This document shows positions 1-7,648 of a DNA stretch of 32,000 nt, one piece after another. A model generated the notes under the pieces. The model saw nothing but the letters and a program-made list of their open reading frames with translations. It searched no databases and was not told where the DNA came from. This DNA is from a virus. Made by a program: the position numbers and the translations under genes. Where the stretch lies: IMG/VR virus record IMGVR_UViG_3300037851_001030, positions 162,644 to 194,643 of that record; one strand, given 5' to 3'. Numbering within the stretch: position 1 is the first letter of the stretch; every line of letters starts with the position of its first letter.

Positions 1-239
1 GAGCTGCCAGGCGCGATGTCGATCGGGCGCCCGAAGGTCACGTGCGACAGCTCACGCACGAGCACGTTCTCGCGCGTGTTCTCACCCGGGTTCCAGCTCG
101 TGATGCGTCCGATCAGGTAGCCGTTCGAGACCAGGCTAAGCCCGTGGAGCGTCATGGCGTACGGCGCGTACTGGTCCGTGTAGTCGAGCGGGTTCGTCAT
201 CACGTTGTAGTTGTTTCGCGCCCAGGGATCGATTTGCAT
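1..239 (-). CDS. hypothetical protein, N-terminal 79 codons only (gene continues past the left edge)
   Basis: Absent from the ORF track because there is no stop in the window. ATG at 239-237 is preceded by GGAGG (complement of 244-248). Open to position 1: MQIDPWARNNYNVMTNPLDYTDQYAPYAMTLHGLSLVSNGYLIGRITSWNPGENTRENVLVRELSHVTFGRPIDIAPGS. Non-repetitive composition. Confidence 0.5.
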   Translation of the reverse strand, partial: MQIDPWARNNYNVMTNPLDYTDQYAPYAMTLHGLSLVSNGYLIGRITSWNPGENTRENVLVRELSHVTFGRPIDIAPGS

Positions 240-318
240 AGCGCCTCCGAATCACTCGGGTTTCCGAGCGATTATCTCACGGTCTAACGAGGTCGAGCCT
301 TGTCCGGCACACCTAAAC

Positions 319-1029
319 CTAACCATCCAGCCAGGCGGGCAACCGGTCGGTCAGCTCGGACAGCGGCCAGTACTCGCGCCCGGCGGGACCGACGAGCGTG
401 ACGCCGTCCTTCCGGATCGAGAACCGTCTATCTTTCAAGCTATAGAGGCCGGTGATCGGGTCGTAGCTGTAGGGCCGCTTTCGGGTGCGCAGGAGCTTCT
501 GAGCGAAGGCCCGGCCCACGGCCACGTCGGCCGCCTGTTGCCGGCGCTGCTTCTTCTTGCGCAGCCACAGACGCACGCGCTTGATGACCGTAGGCGTGAG
601 CAGACCCACGGTGATGAACAGCAGGTGCCGGTCGACCGGGCTGAGCTTGTCGTACACGTTCAGCACCTGGGTCGGAAGCACGTCCGCGATGCCAGCGGTG
701 CGCACACCGCTTCGGGGCGCCAGGCACTCGACGGCGTCGTTCGCGTAGCTAGCGAAGAACTGACAGCGGCGGTCCATGCGCTGGCAGTAGGCGGTCTTGC
801 GGTCGACGAGCACCGAGGCTTTGGGCGCCGGGCACGCATCCTCGCGCACGAAGACAGAGCCGTCACGCTCGGCCGCCGGGATCCCGCTGCGCCCAAGGAT
901 CTCGGCGGCCCTCAGCACCGCGCACGGGATCGAGGCGCAGCCAAGGCGCGTGAGGGAGGCCGCCAGGAACACCGGGTGACCGTCACCGGGCTGAAGCCTA
1001 CGCCAGGCACGAAGGGCGATGTTGCGCAC
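319..1029 (-). CDS. hypothetical protein (236 aa, GTG start)
   Basis: Long ORF with balanced composition. The overlapping plus-strand ORF 211-1056 is Arg/Gly/Pro-rich, as expected for an out-of-frame read. No family recognised. Confidence 0.45.
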   Translation of the reverse strand: MRNIALRAWRRLQPGDGHPVFLAASLTRLGCASIPCAVLRAAEILGRSGIPAAERDGSVFVREDACPAPKASVLVDRKTAYCQRMDRRCQFFASYANDAVECLAPRSGVRTAGIADVLPTQVLNVYDKLSPVDRHLLFITVGLLTPTVIKRVRLWLRKKKQRRQQAADVAVGRAFAQKLLRTRKRPYSYDPITGLYSLKDRRFSIRKDGVTLVGPAGREYWPLSELTDRLPAWLDG

Positions 1030-1123
1030 AACAAAGGCTATGCCCCTTGCCCTTGAAGTCGACGCGACGAAGTGCTGCGGCCCGCCTAACGCAGACCAGC
1101 CGCCCGTACGAGGTCTCCGATCT

Positions 1124-1915
1124 TCATGGTTGGTGTCGACCCGTGTGGCCGGGTCGGAGCCGGCAGCGCCCGCCGGTCCTAGGACTCCGCGCTGCGCACT
1201 TCACCATAGCCCAGGCCGTGGGGTAGCGCTTGCTCGCCGGATGCCACCGCGGGTGAAGCACCCACTTGCAGGCGCGTGTCTTGGGCCCCAGGCGCTCGCC
1301 CGTGCATTCGTAGAAATGCCCGAGCACGGTTTCTGCCCGGCACTGGGCACCGACGGCCTTCATGATTGGATACAGGTCGGCTTTCGCAAGCCAGCCACGG
1401 TGACGTGCTAGCGCCTCGGCCTCGCAGACGAGCAGTTGCCAGGGTCCCACGACCTCGGGCGACGGAACTCCCGCCGGCAAGTCCGGAACCTCAGGTGGCA
1501 GCCACAGGCGCTTGCCGGGCCAACGGAAGGGGCGCCACCTGACCGCCGGCCGCCAGGCCGGTCGAAAGCGCAACCACGGAGGAACCAGGAGCCAGTGCTT
1601 AGGGTCCCGGCTCATGTCGAGCACCAGCAACCGACACCGGTCCGCGATCGTGACCGCGTCGCTCCGCGAGCTTCTAGAAATCGGGCACGCGATCGCCCGA
1701 TAGTGAGGGCCGTGGTCGGAATCGCACAGGGCCTGGGCCAGGACGTGAGCGTTGAACCGGAGCTTGGCCTGAATCCCTATCTGTATCTGACCACGCACAA
1801 GCACGAGGTCCCAGCCCCCGCACTCGGGGTATATCTTGAACCCGGCGCGCATCGCGTGCTCGCGCAGGTCATCGCACAGCGCGCGCTCGGACGCGTATTT
1901 CGGCTTCGAGCGCAA
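1124..1915 (-). CDS. hypothetical protein, possible PD-(D/E)xK nuclease-fold N-terminal domain
   Basis: TTG start 3 nt after the stop of the upstream J-domain ORF. GGWDLVLV ... IGIQAKL resembles a D...(E/Q)xK core. This is a weak, motif-only call. Confidence 0.4.
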   Translation of the reverse strand: MRSKPKYASERALCDDLREHAMRAGFKIYPECGGWDLVLVRGQIQIGIQAKLRFNAHVLAQALCDSDHGPHYRAIACPISRSSRSDAVTIADRCRLLVLDMSRDPKHWLLVPPWLRFRPAWRPAVRWRPFRWPGKRLWLPPEVPDLPAGVPSPEVVGPWQLLVCEAEALARHRGWLAKADLYPIMKAVGAQCRAETVLGHFYECTGERLGPKTRACKWVLHPRWHPASKRYPTAWAMVKCAARSPRTGGRCRLRPGHTGRHQP

Positions 1916-1918
1916 CTG

Positions 1919-2269
1919 CTAGAACGAGGTCGTCCAGGTTCCAGTCGCCGTGTTAGACGAGCCGGACCCCCAGGTGTATACCCGGAACTGAACCACGGGC
2001 CGCGGCGGCGCGATCGCTAGCGTGAGGAGCGCGTCGGCCGCCGCGTTGATGGCCGCCGATCGCTCGGTCGCCTGCGGATCCGAGCACACGTCCGGGTGCC
2101 AACGGCGAAGCGCCTGCTTGCGCCCGTCGCTGACGAGCCGGTGGAACGCCTCGGTCCTTCGTGGCCAGACACCGGGACCCTCAGGGACCGCCGATAGCGC
2201 TCGCGCTATCATATCCTGCTTGATATCGAGTAGCGCGAGGTCTTCTTCGAGTATGCGGGTCGGTTTCAT
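1919..2269 (-). CDS. J-domain (DnaJ-like co-chaperone) protein, 116 aa
   Basis: RKQALRRWHPDVCSDPQATERSAAINAAADALLTL matches J-domain helix II, HPD loop and helix III. Its ATG overlaps the stop of the upstream small ORF (ATGA). Confidence 0.7.
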   Translation of the reverse strand: MKPTRILEEDLALLDIKQDMIARALSAVPEGPGVWPRRTEAFHRLVSDGRKQALRRWHPDVCSDPQATERSAAINAAADALLTLAIAPPRPVVQFRVYTWGSGSSNTATGTWTTSF

Positions 2270-2433
2270 GGCCGTGATGGTACCACAGGTTCGGGTTCGT
2301 TGCTAGCAGGGTACGGGACCTTGAGGTAGCCCACTACGGGCCAGCCCCACGTCAGGCGCCGGGCAGGTTGCTCACGGTCCAGCTCGCGCTCGCACTCGGG
2401 TGACAGCTCTCGTTCTTCGTCCGCGGTTAGCAT
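2266..2433 (-). CDS. small hypothetical protein (55 aa, below the ORF-track cutoff)
   Basis: ATG 2433-2431. Reads MLTADEERELSPECERELDREQPARRLTWGWPVVGYLKVPYPASNEPEPVVPSRP. The TGA overlaps the J-domain ATG (ATGA), which suggests coupling. It fills an otherwise empty 180-nt gap. Confidence 0.3.
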   Translation of the reverse strand: MLTADEERELSPECERELDREQPARRLTWGWPVVGYLKVPYPASNEPEPVVPSRP

Positions 2434-2451
2434 GAGCGAACGCTACGCCAG

Positions 2452-3096
2452 TTAGTAGCCCAGGCCCTTCCCCATGCACTTCGCGAAGGGCGATGGCTGC
2501 TTCTCCGTACCCCATGGGTTCGTACACTTCGTGAGCACGTTGACGAGCGGCCACAGGTAGAGAGCGGGCGGAGTGACCAGCTTGTAGTCATCGATCACGC
2601 CCGCGCGATAGCGGCAAGGACACGTGGCGGTCACCGTAAGGCCCTTGGCCTCGCATAGCACGCTCGGTGCCGGGGCCCCCGGTAGGAACTGCCACTCGGG
2701 ATGGCACTTCGAGGTCTCGGGATCGACGACCTTGATCTGGATGCAGTTGCCAAGCTTGATCGGGCCCGTATCCCAAGCACCGCGGCCGCAGCCCCAGGCC
2801 GCCCGCTGCTCTGCCGTCGGGTTGGGAACCTCTGCCATCGCACGCTTCACGCAGGTGTCGATCGCGAAGAAGCGCTCATCGAGCCGGCGCAGGTCGATGC
2901 TCCACTTCACGAGGTCGACGTCGACCTTGATCCCCTTCGGCGTCGTCACGGTCGGCGTCACCATCGGCGGCGGATAGATCACCGACGGAAAGAGGGTGCG
3001 ATAGCACGCGGGGCAGCCCCCCACCCACGAGGTGTACTTGGTGCAGCAACCAGAGGCCAGGAGCGCAAGAATCAGAACGCATGAACGGCTACTCAT
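2452..3096 (-). CDS. Cys-rich putative lipoprotein (214 aa)
   Basis: MSSRSCVLILALLASGC has a signal-peptide n-region, hydrophobic core and lipobox-like A-S-G-C. The mature part carries about a dozen Cys. Its ATG overlaps the upstream stop (ATGA). Confidence 0.7.
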   Translation of the reverse strand: MSSRSCVLILALLASGCCTKYTSWVGGCPACYRTLFPSVIYPPPMVTPTVTTPKGIKVDVDLVKWSIDLRRLDERFFAIDTCVKRAMAEVPNPTAEQRAAWGCGRGAWDTGPIKLGNCIQIKVVDPETSKCHPEWQFLPGAPAPSVLCEAKGLTVTATCPCRYRAGVIDDYKLVTPPALYLWPLVNVLTKCTNPWGTEKQPSPFAKCMGKGLGY

Positions 3097-4121
3097 GACT
3101 TCACCTGGCTGGCCGCCTGCTGCAAGAGGTCTCGCAGGTCCTGGGGCTCGGACGTCAGCACGCGCGCCGCGTACTCGAGCACGGCTTTCGCGTTCCGGCT
3201 CCGCGTCACGTTCTTCTTGCTGTCCGGATACACGTAGGTGCCGAAGATCGGATTCAGGAACTTGCTATCGTCTGCCTGGAGCGCGCGACAGCCGGCGTCC
3301 GATAGCGGGTATTCCTTGCCGTTGATCACGAACATCATACGATAGAGGTCGTGGTACTCACCCCGCTGACCCGCGATGCGGCCACGCAGATGCAGCTCAA
3401 CCGTTAGCTTGCGGTTCTTGACCATCGGGTCGTCGGCGCTCAGCTCTCCGAGCTGGACGAGCGCGTCCTTGAACGCGATCGGCCGGCCCTTCTGCCACCT
3501 GTACTTGACCGCGGTGAACTCCGCGTTCTCCGGGAGCAGGTAGACCTTGGCGTTGTAGCCCTTGATCTTACCGAGGCTTGCCCACAGCTCGCGGATCACT
3601 TTGGGCGCCAGCGTCTTCAGCGGCTGCGACAGCGGGTACCGATGAACAGACATCGTGTAGTAGTCGACGTCGCGGCCCGTGAAGTAGTTGACCTCCCGCA
3701 CGAAGCGCACGGCCACGAACACGTGGTTCGACGGCGAGCGGCCATAGACCACATAGCCGCTGTACTGGTTGTCGCCGTATCCACCGAAGCCGGCCTCTGT
3801 CACGAAACGCCATTCGACGTCGGTGGGCACGCGCGCCTTGACCGCGGCCTGCTCAAAGGTCACGTGGTCCTTCTTGGCCTCGGCCGTGAACCAGGCCGCG
3901 ATCTGGTCGGCAGCCTCCTTCGGGTCGACCTGCTTACCCGTGAGCTTGGCTAGCAGATCGGTGGCTCGACCCTGATAGGGTCCCGGCTCGTTCGAGAGCC
4001 CGACAAGCACGTCGCCTACGTTGTCGGCGGATGGCGCCGCGAGCATATCGCGGAGGCGATACTGGAGAGAGCCCGCGTCATCAGCACGTCGCAGTTTGGA
4101 AGCGAGTCGGATGAGGTCCAT
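3093..4121 (-). CDS. hypothetical protein, NVGD-domain paralogue A, leader-bearing (342 aa)
   Basis: N-terminus MDLIRLASKLRRA (leader motif), then ADNVGDVLVGL ... ATDLLAKLTGKQVDPKEA, which is shared with ORFs 4165-5199 and 23012-23575. Confidence 0.7.
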   Translation of the reverse strand: MDLIRLASKLRRADDAGSLQYRLRDMLAAPSADNVGDVLVGLSNEPGPYQGRATDLLAKLTGKQVDPKEAADQIAAWFTAEAKKDHVTFEQAAVKARVPTDVEWRFVTEAGFGGYGDNQYSGYVVYGRSPSNHVFVAVRFVREVNYFTGRDVDYYTMSVHRYPLSQPLKTLAPKVIRELWASLGKIKGYNAKVYLLPENAEFTAVKYRWQKGRPIAFKDALVQLGELSADDPMVKNRKLTVELHLRGRIAGQRGEYHDLYRMMFVINGKEYPLSDAGCRALQADDSKFLNPIFGTYVYPDSKKNVTRSRNAKAVLEYAARVLTSEPQDLRDLLQQAASQVKS

Positions 4122-4164
4122 GTGTCGTCCTATCTAACCTTGCGTAGGCCACAGAGGTCTATGG

Positions 4165-5199
4165 TTATCTCCAGACGCTATGGTGAGACTCGTACGCGAC
4201 TTTGTTCTGGCGAAGCCACGTGCTGAACTGGCTCCAGGTCACGTTGCCCAGAGCCCCGGGCTTGGCCTTGAGCAGTTGGTATAAGCGGCGGGCGGCCGCC
4301 GGGCTCTTGGCACCGTACTCGATGTAGTACGGGTCCGGCTGGCTGAAGTCCGACGACGGACTGTAGAAGCTGAACTCGGTCCAGCCGACGGTACCAGCGA
4401 AGTCCTTGCCGGAGACCTCGATCGGATCGGTGCTGGCCGGCGTGACCTTGAGGTAGTGGACCTCGTACAGGTCGATGGGCGTCAACCAGTGGGTACCGGT
4501 GATCACGCGCTCGTACGACGAGACGTCGCCCGGGGTCTCAGCCAGTTCCTTTTCAGCCTCGTCGATCCAGAGGTCGATGGCCGCCTGGTAGTTCTTCTCC
4601 AGCGCATCGAGCGCCTGGTCGAAGCTCATGCCCGAGGTTATGGGATGAGGCCGCCGCGCTATGTTAGTGGGCAGGAAGAGGCTGGCGTTTCGCTTGTGCT
4701 CCATGTTATCCGTATAGATAGCAAGGCCCAGCTTGACCTTGTGCGGCTTGCCGGGTAGCTCCTCGAGCATGATGAAGTTGTGCTGGTCGTCCCAGCGAGC
4801 GCGGAGGCGATTGCCGAGCACCCTGACCGCAGGTAGCCGTCCGTAGGAGGGAAGTCCATAGGAACGCTCGGCCACCGAGACCTTGCGTCGCGGCAGCTTG
4901 ATGGGCCCGCCTACGGGACTGGCGACCGGCTCCTCGATCGAGGTCGTATCCTTGGCGAATAGCTTGTGGAGCCGGCCAACGACCTCGGTCGGCGTTATGG
5001 TTCCGGCCTCGAGCCGCTCGAGGAGGTCCTTGGCCTGGCTCGCGGTCTTCGGGTCCTCCTCGCCCACGACCTCGACCAGAAAGTCGCCGACGTTATCACG
5101 CGACGGGTCGTCGACGAGCTGCTTGAGCCGAAGGATGCGACGGCGCACTGGAATCGCGGCGTATCGAACGTGGTAGGCAAGATCGATCAGTGTAGGCAT
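4165..5199 (-). CDS. hypothetical protein, NVGD-domain paralogue B (344 aa)
   Basis: GGAGGG RBS upstream of ATG 5199. RDNVGDFLVEV ... AKDLLERLEAGTITPTEV aligns with paralogues A and C. The C-terminal two thirds are unrelated to them. Confidence 0.7.
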   Translation of the reverse strand: MPTLIDLAYHVRYAAIPVRRRILRLKQLVDDPSRDNVGDFLVEVVGEEDPKTASQAKDLLERLEAGTITPTEVVGRLHKLFAKDTTSIEEPVASPVGGPIKLPRRKVSVAERSYGLPSYGRLPAVRVLGNRLRARWDDQHNFIMLEELPGKPHKVKLGLAIYTDNMEHKRNASLFLPTNIARRPHPITSGMSFDQALDALEKNYQAAIDLWIDEAEKELAETPGDVSSYERVITGTHWLTPIDLYEVHYLKVTPASTDPIEVSGKDFAGTVGWTEFSFYSPSSDFSQPDPYYIEYGAKSPAAARRLYQLLKAKPGALGNVTWSQFSTWLRQNKVAYESHHSVWR

Positions 5200-5267
5200 G
5201 AGCCCTCCAAACGCTGAAAAACACTAGTCCAGGAACGCTCTTGCCAAGACCGCGGTCAGGCCTCACT

Positions 5268-6569
5268 ATGGTATCCGTGCCGATCGACGACCTCACGCTT
5301 CGGACCTACCTCCAAGACGTGGCCGCTGTCGACGTGCTGTCCGTGGATGAGGAGCAAGCGCTAGCCAAGCGGATAGCCAAGGGCGATCGGCGGGCGCGCG
5401 ACCTGTTCGTGAGCGCGAACACGCGCCTCGTGATCACGATCGCGGGTAGCTACCGGGGGCGCGCCGCGGCACTCGGCGTACCGTTCGCGGACGTCGTGCA
5501 GGACGGTAACCTGGGCCTGCTCCAGGCCGTGGATCGGTTCGATTACCGCCGGAACCTTCGGTTCTCGACCTATGCGACCTGGTGGATCCGTCACGTCATC
5601 GGGCGTCATCTGACCGATACCGAGAGCGTCATCCGCCGTCCGGTCCATCTGCACGAGTCCCGCTACAAGGTCCAGAGGGCGCGCACGCGCCTGACCGCTA
5701 GCCTCGGACGACCGCCAACGCTCGACGAGCTGACGCTTGCGACCGGACTGTCGTCGCGCACGGTCGCGCGAGCGCTCGAGATCATTCAGCCCATGTCTCT
5801 CAGCCAGCCGCTCGGGGAAGACGGCGCGCTCGAAGACCTGATCGCAAAACCGGAGGCCCACGGCTTCGACCACGGGCTCGAGGTCGAAAGCGAATGGGAG
5901 CGCGTGGCGCCGCTACTCGATGAGCTAGCACCTATGATACGTACGGTCCTCAGACGGCGGTTCGGCTTCGAGGAGGTAAGCACGCTCAGTGAGGTAGGGG
6001 AACAGTTCGGGCTCTCGCGCGAACGGATACGCCAGCTCCAGAACGAGGGCCTGAGCATACTCCGGCGCCGGCTGACGGGAAAGAGTTGCCTGCCACCGGG
6101 TCTCCGTGTTAAGGTCAAGGCAATGGAGCGAAGAATGCCGAAGCGCGAGCGCAAATACGTGAAGATAAACGGCTTGAGTGAGGCTGCGCTGGAGGCGATC
6201 CGGGAAGGGGTACGAAACGGTGCTTCGGGCTACGAGATCCGACGGCGTCTGCTGGCCGAGTTCCCGGGCTCCATGCCTTCAGCCTCAGCCTTGAGAAAGT
6301 ACATGGATCGAATGATCCTCACGGGCGAGGTAAACGAGCGGGGCGACCGTCACATGGATCCACGAGATGCACGCAGCGCGCCCGAGCCCGGACCTCCGTC
6401 ATTGGCGCCCGCGCCCGAGCCAGGACCTCCGGCGCCAGCGCCCGTCACCACGCTCGCGATCGTACCGAGCCAGCGCTACGTCGTGCGTCTAGACGGCTCG
6501 ATCGAGACCTACGACGCGCAGAGCGCGCTGACCCTGGCGCGATTGATCAAGTACGAGCACGCGGGCTGA
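5268..6569 (+). CDS. sigma-70 family RNA polymerase sigma factor with C-terminal extension
   Basis: Region 2 (DVVQDGNLGLLQAVDRFDYRRNLRFSTYATWWIRHVIGR), region 3, and the region 4.2 HTH (TLSEVGEQFGLSRERIRQLQNEGLSILRRRL). The ORF-track start is TTG 5241. The first ATG is 5268, so the start is uncertain. Confidence 0.9.
   Translation: MVSVPIDDLTLRTYLQDVAAVDVLSVDEEQALAKRIAKGDRRARDLFVSANTRLVITIAGSYRGRAAALGVPFADVVQDGNLGLLQAVDRFDYRRNLRFSTYATWWIRHVIGRHLTDTESVIRRPVHLHESRYKVQRARTRLTASLGRPPTLDELTLATGLSSRTVARALEIIQPMSLSQPLGEDGALEDLIAKPEAHGFDHGLEVESEWERVAPLLDELAPMIRTVLRRRFGFEEVSTLSEVGEQFGLSRERIRQLQNEGLSILRRRLTGKSCLPPGLRVKVKAMERRMPKRERKYVKINGLSEAALEAIREGVRNGASGYEIRRRLLAEFPGSMPSASALRKYMDRMILTGEVNERGDRHMDPRDARSAPEPGPPSLAPAPEPGPPAPAPVTTLAIVPSQRYVVRLDGSIETYDAQSALTLARLIKYEHAG
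6378..6431 (+). repeat. two 21-nt copies (1 mismatch, 33-nt period) encoding APEPGPP linker repeats in the sigma-factor tail
   Basis: gcgcccgagcccggacctccg at 6378-6398 and gcgcccgagccaggacctccg at 6411-6431. Confidence 0.8.
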
Positions 6570-6746
6570 TGCCGAGGTCACTCACAATCTTCGGGCACTG
6601 GTCCGCGCGATTGAAGAGGCGCACCCGTTCCTGATCACGCAACCAGGGTTCCACGTCGTGGAGCTGGTTCCGGGCTACGCCGACCGCTGCCGTGAGGCCC
6701 TAACGCGGGCCGCCCGGCAGTAGCTGGTCCCTCCGGCGTAGGTCGA

Positions 6747-7583
6747 CTAGAGCAGGACCGAAAGGTCGCCCTCGAGCAGACGCTGGTATTCAACCCGTTC
6801 AACCACGACCAAGTCATGGTCCGGGTATTCAGCCAGGAACAGCGCAATCTTGGTGGCGGACTCTTCTGCCATGTAACCCTTAATCTCCAGCCAACGGTTG
6901 TATTCCGGCAGATAGAAGTCGGGCGTGTAACTGGTTCCATCCGAGAGTTGAAAGCGGCGGGGCTCGTACTGCCATTGGACGCCGTTCTTCGTTAGAGCCT
7001 TGGCCGCTTTGCGTTCCCACGAAGATCGCATCCAGATGCCTCGGTGGTATCCACCGTTCGCCCTGCTGTATCTAACCACATTGTCGTATCGGCAGACTTT
7101 TGAGCAGGTTTTCCCTTGACCACAGTGAAGCGTACCACACACGGTACAGCGACGGCCGTGTCTAATCGTATCTCCTTTGATTCTTCGACGGCCGCAAATC
7201 TCACAGAGGGGGAAACTTTTCTCGACCTTGGCAGATTGCCAGCAGTCGTGAGAGCACGTGAGCTTATCACCGTTACCGTAGGGCCGGCAGAAGAGCCGGC
7301 CGCAGACCGGACACGTGCGCTTGTGCGTCTCGGTGCCGGGCCCCAGGCGCGGGCGCCCGCAGAGGTCGCAGCGCTCGAGATCCGCCATCTGCATGGTGGT
7401 GGCATCGCGTAGCCGCGCGCTGCGACAGGCGGGCGAACACGTGACCTTGGACCCGTTGGGGTCGCAGAAGAGCCGGCCGCAGACCTGGCACTCGCGGTCG
7501 TGAACCCGACGGCTATCGCCGCGAACGCGACGACCGCAGGTGGGACAGAGGGGAAGGGTCCGGTTCTGGTAGGCGCGGGGCAT
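6747..7583 (-). CDS. triple zinc-ribbon protein with C-terminal PD-(D/E)xK-type endonuclease domain (homing-endonuclease-like)
   Basis: Three tandem Cys modules (CPTCGRR..H..CQVCGRLFC..TCSPAC; CDLCGRP..H..CPVCGRLFC..TCSHDC; CEICGRR..H..CTVCGTLHC..TCSKVC). These are followed by SSWERKAAKAL..WQYEP..YTPDFYLP..WLEIKGY, a TnsA/restriction-endonuclease-like D..ExK core. Confidence 0.7.
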   Translation of the reverse strand: MPRAYQNRTLPLCPTCGRRVRGDSRRVHDRECQVCGRLFCDPNGSKVTCSPACRSARLRDATTMQMADLERCDLCGRPRLGPGTETHKRTCPVCGRLFCRPYGNGDKLTCSHDCWQSAKVEKSFPLCEICGRRRIKGDTIRHGRRCTVCGTLHCGQGKTCSKVCRYDNVVRYSRANGGYHRGIWMRSSWERKAAKALTKNGVQWQYEPRRFQLSDGTSYTPDFYLPEYNRWLEIKGYMAEESATKIALFLAEYPDHDLVVVERVEYQRLLEGDLSVLL

Positions 7584-7608
7584 ACCTCAGTCTGTAATAG
7601 ACCGAGGT
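7584..7608 (-). promoter_or_regulatory. 10-bp hairpin that buries the Shine-Dalgarno of the endonuclease gene; possibly also ends sheath transcripts
   Basis: Minus-strand RNA ACCUCGGUCU-AUUAC-AGACUGAGGU followed directly by AUG (7583). The GAGG of the 3' arm is the only SD-like element. Confidence 0.45.
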
Positions 7609-7648
7609 TACTGTCAATAGGTTAGTTGATGGTAACGCGGTGCGTCGG

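Noticed and set aside
211-1056. 281-aa plus-strand ORF
   Set aside because: Its composition is Arg/Gly/Ala/Pro-rich, as expected for an out-of-frame read opposite the better minus-strand ORF 319-1029. It also runs through the RBS and start of the leftmost minus gene.
4122-4164. Near-palindrome CCATAGACCTCTGTGG between the two NVGD paralogues as a terminator
   Set aside because: It forms only a 6-bp stem with one G-U and a 4-nt loop, and has no U-tract. It is indistinguishable from chance in a 43-nt spacer.
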